A stretch of DNA of 62,311 nucleotides, the filler included. It is 4 parts of 4 records of this genome, joined end to end, with 100 filler letters (N's around TTAATTAATTAA, not from the genome) between each part and the next. Parts side by side here need not be neighbours in the genome. Positions count along the whole stretch, not along the records: positions 1 to 19,393 come from SRR31156797_3693; 3 more parts are not named here. One strand, given 5' to 3'. The notes under the pieces were generated by a model. It did no database searches. It saw only the letters and a program-made list of their open reading frames with translations, and was not told the origin of the DNA. Every line of letters begins with the position of its first letter. The stretch's first letter is position 1. This document shows positions 10,010 to 18,381 of the stretch, piece after piece. Made by a program: the position numbers and the translations under genes.

Positions 10010-11005
10010 ATGAAATATGCCATATTAGCCATAACCAAAGGTGCCACCCTGCTTGGCGAGCAGCTTGCCGGACAACTGAAAGCCGACTTTTTTCCCTGCA
10101 AAGGAAAGCTGCGAACCACACTGAAGACTGTCTGGACAAAGTACGAAGGCATTATCTGCATCATGGCTACCGGTATTGTAGTCCGCACCGTTGCCCCATT
10201 ACTCAAAGACAAAAGCCAAGATCCAGCAGTGGTAATCTGTGATGAGCAGGGCAAATTTGCGATTTCACTCCTCTCCGGCCACTTAGGTGGAGCTAATGCT
10301 CTGGCAGATATGGTAGCAGCCGAGACAGGCGGCCAGGCAGTGATAACCACTGCCTCTGATGTCCTTGGCCAAACCGCCCTTGACCTCTGGTGCAAGGACC
10401 TGGGGCTGGAGGTCGGCAACAAAACGATATTTACCCAAAAGATGGGGGAATTGGTCGATACCGGTTCGTTGCAGGTATACAGCAACTATCCTTTGCCCCC
10501 GCTCCCTCCTGATCTCATTCAAACAGATACATTGGAGACAGCAGACCTTATCATAACCAGCCTTGCCGTAATCAAAACAGAGGCGGCCTTGCTCCACCCC
10601 AAAACGCTGGTTTTCGGTATCGGCTGCAAACGAGATACCCCGGCAGCGGTTATAAACCGATGCATAGAATCTACCTGTAGCGAGCACAACCTTGCTCCCC
10701 AATCTCTTGCACGCATCGCATCCATCACCTTAAAGCAAGATGAAAAAGGGCTCCTAGCAGCTGCAGCTTCCAGAAAGCTGGACCTTTCTTTTTTTACCAG
10801 CGATGAACTTAACACCGTTCCTGGAATAACAGCATCGCCAACCGTACTGAAAGTAACCGGTGCCAAAGCTGTTGCTGAACCAGCGGCAATGCTTGCAGCA
10901 GGTGCAACATCACTGCTCGTCGACAAAATGAAATGGCAGGGAGCAACCACGGCTGTGGCAGAAATACCCACCCCTTTTAAAGAAATATTAACGAGGAAAT
11001 ACTAA
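10010..11005 (+). CDS. cbiG: Cobalt-precorrin-5A hydrolase
   Basis: MATGIVVRTVAP, DPAVV, SLLSGHLGGAN, GIGCKR and VAEPAA. Confidence 0.93.
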   Translation: MKYAILAITKGATLLGEQLAGQLKADFFPCKGKLRTTLKTVWTKYEGIICIMATGIVVRTVAPLLKDKSQDPAVVICDEQGKFAISLLSGHLGGANALADMVAAETGGQAVITTASDVLGQTALDLWCKDLGLEVGNKTIFTQKMGELVDTGSLQVYSNYPLPPLPPDLIQTDTLETADLIITSLAVIKTEAALLHPKTLVFGIGCKRDTPAAVINRCIESTCSEHNLAPQSLARIASITLKQDEKGLLAAAASRKLDLSFFTSDELNTVPGITASPTVLKVTGAKAVAEPAAMLAAGATSLLVDKMKWQGATTAVAEIPTPFKEILTRKY

Positions 11006-11011
11006 TATAAT

Positions 11012-11782
11012 ATGGCGCACTCAACACCGGATACCCAACCAACACTTTCTGTTGTCGGCCTTGGACCTGGAGCTCATGATCTGATGGCTCCCAGAGCTGA
11101 AAAGGCTATAACCACCGCTGATGTCGTTGTCGGCTATCGTACCTACCTGGATCTGGTGAAAGACTGTATTCCACCAACAGCTGAAGTGATTTCCTCTTCG
11201 ATGATGCAGGAGATCGACCGCTGCCGCAAGGCCTTGGAACTTGCTGAAGCAGGTCAACAGGTGGCACTGGTCTGTGGTGGTGATCCTGGTATTTATGCCC
11301 TGGCAGGGCTGGTGTTTGAACTCGCCAAGTCAGTGGATACTCAAGTCAATATTGAGGTTATTCCTGGTATTGCAGCAATCAATGGTTGCGCAGCCATTTT
11401 GGGTGCACCGCTCATGCATGATTTTGCAGCCATCAGTCTCTCGGATCTGATGACGCCGTGGGAAGTCATTGAAAAACGCCTCCAGGCGGCGGCATCTGCA
11501 GATTTTGTAACAGCGATCTATAATCCCAAATCCAAAAAAAGAACCAGCCAGATTGTGCGTGCCCAGGAAATCTTTATGGAACATCGAGATCCCAACACTC
11601 CGGTCGGCATTGTTCAAGGAGCTTCAAGGGATAACGAATCAGTAGTGCTTGCCACTCTCGAAAACATGCTGGAAAAAGAAATCGGGATGCAGACCACAGT
11701 TATCATTGGTAACTCGCAGACCTTTGTCTGGAAGGATAAGATGATTACCCCACGCGGGTACAGCAAAAAATATGGACTATAA
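11012..11782 (+). CDS. cbiH: Cobalt-precorrin-3B C17-methyltransferase
   Basis: VGLGPG, GGDPGIYALAG, GAPLMHDFAAISLSDLMTPW, YNPKSKKR and TPRGY. Confidence 0.95.
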   Translation: MAHSTPDTQPTLSVVGLGPGAHDLMAPRAEKAITTADVVVGYRTYLDLVKDCIPPTAEVISSSMMQEIDRCRKALELAEAGQQVALVCGGDPGIYALAGLVFELAKSVDTQVNIEVIPGIAAINGCAAILGAPLMHDFAAISLSDLMTPWEVIEKRLQAAASADFVTAIYNPKSKKRTSQIVRAQEIFMEHRDPNTPVGIVQGASRDNESVVLATLENMLEKEIGMQTTVIIGNSQTFVWKDKMITPRGYSKKYGL

Positions 11783-11788
11783 CGCATC

Positions 11789-12373
11789 ATGAGTACAGAA
11801 AAGAAATTTAATCCCAAGAAAATCCATAAACTGACAGATCCCGGCAGAAAGGCTTTTCAGGATCCCGATCTGATATGGGATACCTTGGACCTTTCCGCTC
11901 CTGAGGTGCTGGTTGATATTGGCGCGGGTGCGGGTTTCTTTGCCATGCCTTTCAGCGACAAAGTCCCTATAGCGACCGTCTATGCCTGTGATACTGCTCC
12001 TGAGTTAGTAGACTGGATGGAGACTAATATACCTGCTACCTATGAAGGGCGAATTCGCGTTATCCGTTCAGAAGAGAACAGCGTACCCCTTGCCGACGGT
12101 ATCGCTGATCTTGTCTACATGGTCAACCTCCACCACGAGCTTGATACGCCGCTAACCATGCTCAAGGAATGCTGGCGCCTCCTCAAGCCAGGGGGATCAA
12201 TCCTGATCATTGATTGGAAAAAAGAAGAAACCCCCATGGGACCACCTGTATCAATCAGAATCACCCAGGAGGTGGTAAGGGAACAACTGGAACAGGCAGA
12301 TTTCCACGTAATCACTGAGCATGAGCTTTTGGAATATCATTATTTCGTTACTGCTACAAAACCTCGTCCCTGA
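11789..12373 (+). CDS. Class I SAM-dependent methyltransferase (UbiE-like)
   Basis: LVDIGAGAG motif I, LHHEL and LKPGG..IIDW; 6 bp after cbiH. Confidence 0.85.
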   Translation: MSTEKKFNPKKIHKLTDPGRKAFQDPDLIWDTLDLSAPEVLVDIGAGAGFFAMPFSDKVPIATVYACDTAPELVDWMETNIPATYEGRIRVIRSEENSVPLADGIADLVYMVNLHHELDTPLTMLKECWRLLKPGGSILIIDWKKEETPMGPPVSIRITQEVVREQLEQADFHVITEHELLEYHYFVTATKPRP

Positions 12374-12398
12374 TCTCATCCGTTATTGTCCATAATCT

Positions 12399-12432
12399 TT
12401 GATAAAGTCGGTATACCAACCGACTTTATCAA
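12399..12432. terminator. Hairpin ending the cbi operon
   Basis: TTGATAAAGTCGGT / ACCGACTTTATCAA 14-bp inverted repeat. Confidence 0.65.
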
Positions 12433-12544
12433 TCCATTGTACCTCTCTTTCCACCTCTTCGCTTTACAGCAGGTAATTAACTGTTTTTTCTCAACAAGTG
12501 CTACTCTGCCTCCTTGAAAATCAGACGTTTATTCATACATTTAT

Positions 12545-12612
12545 AAGATAATGCCAAACCTGCCGGAAGACAGGGACGGAAAGCCAGGGGTCTTAGCCCG
12601 GGTTTCCCACCA
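12545..12612 (+). ncRNA. c-di-GMP-I (GEMM-I) riboswitch-like element with shortened P3
   Basis: GCCAAACCTG-CCGGAAGA-CAGGGACGGAAAGCC..GGGGTCT..AGCCCGGGTTTCC matches the GEMM-I core AAACC...GGGACG(C/G)AAAGCC. Confidence 0.75.
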
Positions 12613-12673
12613 GTTCAGGCGGCGTCAAGTTAAAATTTTTTGTTTATGAATAGGTAAACGTAGACTCCGATAG

Positions 12674-12892
12674 TTGGCTATATTCATAGACAAAATACTG
12701 AAGAAAATGATGTTGGATGAACTGACCTTTGGTGAACATTCTGGAGCAATTGTAGCTTCATGTGACTTTGCTCAACAAAAAGAAGTTGTGTGTAATAGAA
12801 CAACTGACACAATGTTCATAAGAAATACGGGGGGAGAGATAGTCGAGTTAACAGTACAAAAGGTAGCCCGGCTATTTTTACGCCCTGCTTAA
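12674..12892 (+). CDS. Small hypothetical protein downstream of the riboswitch (true start may be ATG 12707)
   Basis: ORF track plus position behind the GEMM-I element; no recognised motif. Confidence 0.4.
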   Translation: MAIFIDKILKKMMLDELTFGEHSGAIVASCDFAQQKEVVCNRTTDTMFIRNTGGEIVELTVQKVARLFLRPA

Positions 12893-12983
12893 GATAAGTT
12901 TACATTTAGATTGAAATGGGATCTTACATTCAATAAATGAATCCATTAAAAATATTAGCACTGAATCTTTAGGGGTTCGAGGC

Positions 12984-13253
12984 CTAACCCGAATTTCTCA
13001 TGACCTTTTTGGTTTCAAAGTCAATTAATTGATATTATTATTTAAAAATCAATTGTACAATTAACAGTCTGTTTTTCGTTTTCAATCAAAAAAATTCCCC
13101 CTTCGGGTCAATAGATTTTTCCGCAGTATCTACGTTACAAACCACTTACGGTAGTTTACTACTGGAATCTTCGCTACCCGGAGTCTTCGCTACCTACTGC
13201 GCGGCTTGTGCCTTGCCTAGCGAAAAACTGTATTGATGATAAATCCTGGTTAG
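12984..13253. mobile_element. MITE-like element, 270 bp, copy 1
   Basis: Terminal IR CTAACCCGAATTTCTCAT / ATGATAAATCCTGGTTAG (15/18); a diverged second copy starts at 19268. Confidence 0.75.
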
Positions 13254-13303
13254 TTGGGGAAACAGCTGGTTATGAAAGTATTATTGAAGAGGTTACAGGC
13301 AGT

Positions 13304-15307
13304 ATGACACATAACAATGATCACTCTGAAATGTCAGGGCTTTCACGGCTTGATTTTAAATTATGGAAGGAATACCTGGATATTGCACAGGAATTCTGGT
13401 TGCCACCTGGCCTGAAAAGCAAGACCCGTTTTCTGGTCTTACTTTGCTTCTTGATGGCCTTTGTAGCCTCGCTGCTCTTTTTCTTCATTGCCGCGACGGT
13501 AATGTTTACCCATGCATTTGCACCAGATTTTGTCGCAAAAAATGCACCGGGATTATTGCCATGGGTCAGCGGGCTGTTACATTCCTGGATTTTGTATCTG
13601 ATGATTGCCGGTTTTGTTGGGCCGGTGCTGGTTTTCGGCATTTATTCAAAAAAGCTGAGCGTTTTTCTCAAGCCCTGGGCGGTGCTGGGGATGCTGCTGC
13701 TCCTTTCTTTTACTGTCAGCGGCCTGAACGTGGTGATTAGTTATGTGGGCCGGTTTTTTCAGACTGCGCTGGCGCAAAAGGATGCCCCTACCTTCTGGCG
13801 CTTTCTCTATGTCTATGCCTCGGTTTTTGTGATCGGTACGCCCATTGTGGTGATCTATTCCTATATCAGAAAAAAGATGGGCCTTTTCTGGCGGGAATGG
13901 ATAACAGAGACTTTTATTAGTAATTACCTGAAAAACAGGGCCTATTATGAGCTGACTGCCAACAGGGACATTGATAACCCGGATCAGCGGCTTGCCGAGG
14001 ATTTAAAGGAATTTACGGTTACAAGTTTAAGTTTTCTGCTGATTATTCTGGGAGCTGTCATCGACCTCTTTGCATTTACCGGTATTCTCTGGTCTATCTC
14101 CAAACTACTTTCCGTTATCCTGCTGGTCTATGCCTTTTTTGGTACCCTGATAACGGTGCTGATCGGAAAACGACTGGTCGGGCTGAATTATAATCAGCTC
14201 AGAAAAGAGGCCAATTTCCGTTACGGGCTTATTCATATCCGTGATAATGCCGAGTCTATTGCCTTTTACCAAGGGGAAACCGGAGAGAAAGAACAGATCC
14301 ACAAGCGCTTTTCCCAGGTCCTGAAAAATTTTAATTTTCTGATCGGCTGGCAGCGGAACCTGGATTTTTTTACCACCGGTTATAATTACCTGGTCGTTAT
14401 CCTGCCGGCACTGATTGTGGCGCCCATATATTTTGCTGGTAAGGTTGAGTTCGGGCAGATTTCCCAGGCATCCTTTGCCTTTAGCCAGGTGCTCGGCGCT
14501 TTTTCCATTATCGTCCAGTATTTTGACAGCATTAGTGCTTTTGCCGCCGGCATTAACCGTGTATCGACCTTCAAGGAAAAATTGTATGCTGCCTCAGGTG
14601 CCAAGATGGCGGAAGACAGTTCTTCTGCTGCTCATATTGAGCGAGTAGAACAGGACACTTTTCGCCTACATCAGCTGACCCTGAAAACGCCTGATAATCG
14701 GCAAACCCTGATTCGTGACTTATCCTTTGATCTTGACGAAAGAAAAAGCATTTTAATCATGGGGCATTCGGGGGTTGGCAAAAGCTCGCTGCTCAGGGGA
14801 ATTGCCGGGCTGTGGATGACCGGCAGCGGCATTATCGAGCATCCACCCATGGACCAGGTGCTGTTTTTGCCACAAAAACCCTATATGGTGCTGGGATCTT
14901 TGCGAGATCAACTGCAATATCCTTCTGGAAAGTATTTGAGTGATGAACAGGCTGAAAAGGTGTTGACCCAGGTGAACCTGAATGATTTCTATCGCAAGAT
15001 GCAGGATGGTGCTGAGGGGCAACCTTTGTTGGATATGGAAATCAATTGGGAAGAGGTGCTTTCCCAAGGCGAGCAACAACGGCTGGCCTTTGCCAGGTTA
15101 CTGATCAATAAACCAGGATTTGCCATCCTTGATGAGGCCACCTCTGCTCTTGATATTGCTAATGAAAAGGCCTTGTATCAACTCCTGGCTACGCTTGATA
15201 TACGCTATATCAGTGTTGGCCATCGGCCGTCGCTGGCAGCCTATCATAATCAGATTCTTACGCTGGAATCCGAGGGAGTCTGGTCGCTTCGAGATGAGAT
15301 AGGTTGA
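13304..15307 (+). CDS. Fused permease/ATPase ABC transporter, YddA/Rv1819c/ABCD type
   Basis: DNPDQRLAED, EANFRYGLIHIRDNAESIAFY, GHSGVGKSSLLR, LSQGEQQRLAFAR, LDEATSALD and SVGHR; start at ATG 13304 because the longer ORF runs into the MITE. Confidence 0.9.
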   Translation: MTHNNDHSEMSGLSRLDFKLWKEYLDIAQEFWLPPGLKSKTRFLVLLCFLMAFVASLLFFFIAATVMFTHAFAPDFVAKNAPGLLPWVSGLLHSWILYLMIAGFVGPVLVFGIYSKKLSVFLKPWAVLGMLLLLSFTVSGLNVVISYVGRFFQTALAQKDAPTFWRFLYVYASVFVIGTPIVVIYSYIRKKMGLFWREWITETFISNYLKNRAYYELTANRDIDNPDQRLAEDLKEFTVTSLSFLLIILGAVIDLFAFTGILWSISKLLSVILLVYAFFGTLITVLIGKRLVGLNYNQLRKEANFRYGLIHIRDNAESIAFYQGETGEKEQIHKRFSQVLKNFNFLIGWQRNLDFFTTGYNYLVVILPALIVAPIYFAGKVEFGQISQASFAFSQVLGAFSIIVQYFDSISAFAAGINRVSTFKEKLYAASGAKMAEDSSSAAHIERVEQDTFRLHQLTLKTPDNRQTLIRDLSFDLDERKSILIMGHSGVGKSSLLRGIAGLWMTGSGIIEHPPMDQVLFLPQKPYMVLGSLRDQLQYPSGKYLSDEQAEKVLTQVNLNDFYRKMQDGAEGQPLLDMEINWEEVLSQGEQQRLAFARLLINKPGFAILDEATSALDIANEKALYQLLATLDIRYISVGHRPSLAAYHNQILTLESEGVWSLRDEIG

Positions 15308-15363
15308 AAAAAACAGAGTCCAAAGAGCTCCTCATACATTATAATGCTGTATGGAAACTGCTC

Positions 15364-15449
15364 ACAGGCACCTCATTTTTGGACGGTCACGATCACCCGC
15401 AGAGATAGGCTACCGTAGTCTTCGCTTACCTACGAAAAATAGGGCCTGT
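15364..15449. repeat. REP/REPIN-like imperfect inverted repeat
   Basis: ACAGGCACCTCATTTTT ... AAAAATAGGGCCTGT, enclosing AGTCTTCGCTTACCTAC, a variant of which also occurs in the MITE at 13182. Confidence 0.45.
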
Positions 15450-15464
15450 CCAGGCACTAGGCAC

Positions 15465-15539
15465 CTGTAACGACAAACTGAGAGGTTTTTGAACAAGCGA
15501 AGCGCTGCTCAAAAATCCTCCTCAAGCGTCTTGTTCGAC
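15465..15539 (-). other. Integron attC site, 75 bp
   Basis: Minus strand: R'' GTCGAAC 6 bp after the stop of 15546..16544, L boxes GCTTGAG / CTCAGT with an extra base, long inner stem, R' GTTACAG. Confidence 0.8.
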
Positions 15540-15545
15540 TGTGCC

Positions 15546-16544
15546 CTATTGCAAAGTCCGCAAATCATTAAAATTGAACGTCCATTTCGGATTTTCCGGA
15601 GAGCGGGTTAAGGTATCATTCTGTTTTGCGGGAAATCCCTCTAAAATAGAATAATCCGGAAAATTGGATCGCTGTTTCACAAGGGTTCCTGCCTTAACAA
15701 TGGAATGTTTACCAACCTTGCTGGAATCACAAACGATGCTTCCAGGTTCTACCACTGTGCACTCACCAATTTCACAACCATGAATCATACAACCGGGACC
15801 AATAATGACATGGTCCTCAAGAATCAATTGATTATCAGGTAAAAGGTGTAGAACGGTATTTTCTAAAATTTGAACGTGATTGCCTATTCGAACGGGGCCA
15901 TGAGAATCCCCAATGATTTTCACCCCTGCTCCAATGACGCAATGTTCTCCAATAAGCACATCGCCGGTGATCTCTGAAGAATCAAACAGGAATGTTGTGT
16001 CTCCGATTTGAGGTGATTTGTTTTTATACGAATATACTTTTCCCATAGGTTTTCCTTCCGTTAATAATCCCTGAACAATTTGGTCCGCTCTCTCGGGCAA
16101 GGAAATATCGCCTCCTCGCATTCGCGAGATCATGGCCTGGTCCTCCTCTGTTAATGACCGAATGATTCGACCAGGTCGCCCCACCACCACTGAATATTCA
16201 GGAACGATCATCCCCTCTGGAATAAGGGTTCCCTCGCCCAAAATACACCAATTTCCAAGGGTGGAGCCTGGCATCAAAATACAACCATTGCCGATTTCAC
16301 ACAAATCGCCAATTGTAGCGCCAATGATAAAGGTTCGGTGTCCAAAAACGACTTTGCGCCCCACCGTTGTTTTCAATTCAGGGTGTCCCACAAGGACACA
16401 ATTTTCCAACACAGCACTGTCATTGCCAATAGCGATTCCTTCAGGTACTGATCGTAGGATTGCTCCTTGAGCAAGGTAAGTTTGATGTCCCAACTGAACA
16501 GAACCATAAAGGGATGCTGAGTCTGCTTTTGTAAAATTGTTCAT
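15546..16544 (-). CDS. Tandem (two-domain) gamma-carbonic-anhydrase-like left-handed beta-helix protein, integron cassette
   Basis: Two hexapeptide-repeat domains, each ending in G-x-P (GRPGRIIR, GFPAK); second domain starts MGKVYSYKNKSPQIG like YrdA/PaaY. Confidence 0.85.
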   Translation of the reverse strand: MNNFTKADSASLYGSVQLGHQTYLAQGAILRSVPEGIAIGNDSAVLENCVLVGHPELKTTVGRKVVFGHRTFIIGATIGDLCEIGNGCILMPGSTLGNWCILGEGTLIPEGMIVPEYSVVVGRPGRIIRSLTEEDQAMISRMRGGDISLPERADQIVQGLLTEGKPMGKVYSYKNKSPQIGDTTFLFDSSEITGDVLIGEHCVIGAGVKIIGDSHGPVRIGNHVQILENTVLHLLPDNQLILEDHVIIGPGCMIHGCEIGECTVVEPGSIVCDSSKVGKHSIVKAGTLVKQRSNFPDYSILEGFPAKQNDTLTRSPENPKWTFNFNDLRTLQ

Positions 16545-16629
16545 TTTTGAATTTTAAAAATGGTTTATAGACTATTTGGTCAAGTCGTGACAGGTTGCAT
16601 CTTTATAAAATTGCTTTGGCGTTCCAATT

Positions 16630-16760
16630 GTTGAACGTTTAGCTAAGGGGCGGCAAGTGATACATCCCGAAACTGATTTAATATTTATAAATCTTGATCC
16701 AACATTGAGCTTGGCAAACACCGCGGTCTCTTGCCGTCCCTCTTGAGCGCCGGGTTATGC
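16630..16760 (-). other. Integron attC site, 131 bp
   Basis: Minus strand: R'' GCATAAC, L'' GCTCAAG / L' CTTAGC with an extra base, stem GGGACGGCAAG / CTTGCCGCCCC, R' GTTCAAC. Confidence 0.85.
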
Positions 16761-16771
16761 ATTTATATTTT

Positions 16772-17389
16772 TTATAGTTCTCTGTAGTTTTTATTGAAAA
16801 TGTCTTTTGGTATAGTTTTATCTTTCTTGCAAAATTCAGAAAGAATTGTATCCATAGAATTTAAGTATTTTGTATTTCCAATTCCTCTGGATGTTCTTGA
16901 ATTATGGGATCTTCAAAATCAAATATTTTCGTTTTAGGATGAACTATATCATTTCTTTCTCTAAATAAGTTCTTTACTGCTTTAAACCCCTTATTGTCAT
17001 TTTTAATTATCTCATCAAAGCAGATTTGCCAAATAAGTTTATATTTTTGTGAAGGATTTTTTCTTTCAAGGAGATCTGTGTATAATTGCTCATCAATCCT
17101 TTTCAGTCCGTAATCATTTAAAAAATATTCAATATTTAATGCGCAAAAAATAATTGCGGAATCTGCAAAATGATACGCTTCGTTCGTCATGTTTTGAGTT
17201 TCATGATGTATGTATGCTTCAATAATTGATTAATCATCATCTGTTATTTTTTTTGCATACCTTAATTTCAAAGTCTTTTATCTCTTTTACTACCCGATTG
17301 AAATCTTCAAAGATACGCCAAGCAAATGTGTAATAACCAGTATACGAACTAACCCATGCTCCAATTTGTTGGTATGGTAAAATTTCCAT
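16772..17389 (-). pseudogene. Decayed HEPN-motif cassette gene
   Basis: ATG 17389; frameshift near the A8 run (~17250); in-frame TAA at 17232-17230; RNDIVH (R-x4-H); second frameshift near 16870; ends ...NYREL* 11 bp before attC. Confidence 0.65.
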
Positions 17390-17400
17390 AAGGTTTCAAA

Positions 17401-17419
17401 GCATAACTAGTAATTATAC
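17401..17419 (-). other. Candidate attI simple site
   Basis: Minus strand GTATAAT-TACTA-GTTATGC; R box is the exact complement of the first cassette's R'' GCATAAC, and there is no attC-type hairpin upstream. Confidence 0.55.
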
Positions 17420-17659
17420 AGAAGACTGAGTGAAGTCACCCATACTGTGGGCTTCATCCCTTGAGAAAACTTCACTCAAACTATTAATATTGTGTAATAT
17501 CAGCTAAATAGATTATATTGTTGAGTGCAAGTGTTTCCCCATCTTACTTCCTGGTAACATTACAAAAAAAAGTGTTACAGGTAAGTATATTTAAGAATTT
17601 AGAGACTAGGATTAGCAATGCTAACCATTTAAGCAAGTCCCAAGTTCATTTTATTCCTG

Positions 17660-17808
17660 CTAGGAGCCTGTCGGAGAAAGCTCTTTTGCCCCATTTCTGT
17701 GTTATTGGCAAAAAAATAATGCTCGCAATATTAATTATATGCCTCCGCTTATTTTCCCGCCAATGCCTTGAACTGAACCAAAATAGCAATTCTCCGACAC
17801 ACTCCTAG
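17660..17808. mobile_element. MITE, 149 bp, with CTAG ends
   Basis: Terminal IR CTAGGAGCCTGTCGGAGAA / TTCTCCGACACACTCCTAG (17/19); no transposase inside. Confidence 0.75.
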
Positions 17809-17862
17809 TTACAAATATAAAAAAGTCTTTGGCAAAGCTCCATATCAAGGGCTATTAAAATA

Positions 17863-18308
17863 ATGAAAACGGCTCAAGTTACTCATCATTATTTGAATTT
17901 TATTCATGCTCTTCAAATGGAGAACATCCCGTTGACCGTGCTGCAGAAGGTGGAATGTACCTTGTTGGATAGTTGTGGTGTGACAGCAGCAGGTTCTCGT
18001 ATGAAAGCTGCCAGGATAATGAATACCTTTGCCCGTCAGCATTACGCCCCCCCAACGCTTCTGCAAAAGGGAAGGCGCGATTATTGTTTGATGGAGACAG
18101 TGTTAGTCCAGGTTGGGCAGCGCTAACTGCAGGACAAGCTGCCGATAGCATGGATACACACGACGGCTATCACGAAATCAAAGGGTCCCACATAAGTTCG
18201 GCCTTATTAGGGGGAATACTGGCCTTGGGTGAGGTATTGCCGAACTTCACGGCCCACGCATTCAGACAACAAATGGATGGCGTGTTACCATCTTCCCCAG
18301 CATGTTGA
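17863..18308 (+). pseudogene. MmgE/PrpD-family N-terminal remnant, frameshifted and truncated
   Basis: LLDSCGVTAAGS frame joins the AALTAGQAADSMDTHDGYH..SHISSA frame across the C7 run at 18047-18053; far shorter than a full MmgE/PrpD protein. Confidence 0.7.
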
Positions 18309-18381
18309 AAGATACGATCGGTTGGGGTGCAATGGCTGGAGCATCTATAGCTGCTCCAGCCGCCGGATTGTATCTGGATAA

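Noticed and set aside
12545-12612. cGAMP-selective GEMM-Ib riboswitch
   Set aside because: The discriminating position appears to be G, not A
13208-13303. N-terminal extensions in the ORF track (also starts 1128, 2122, 3078, 7060, 44577, 44954 and 57250)
   Set aside because: They run into a MITE, an upstream gene, a promoter or oriT; downstream starts fit RBS and domain boundaries better
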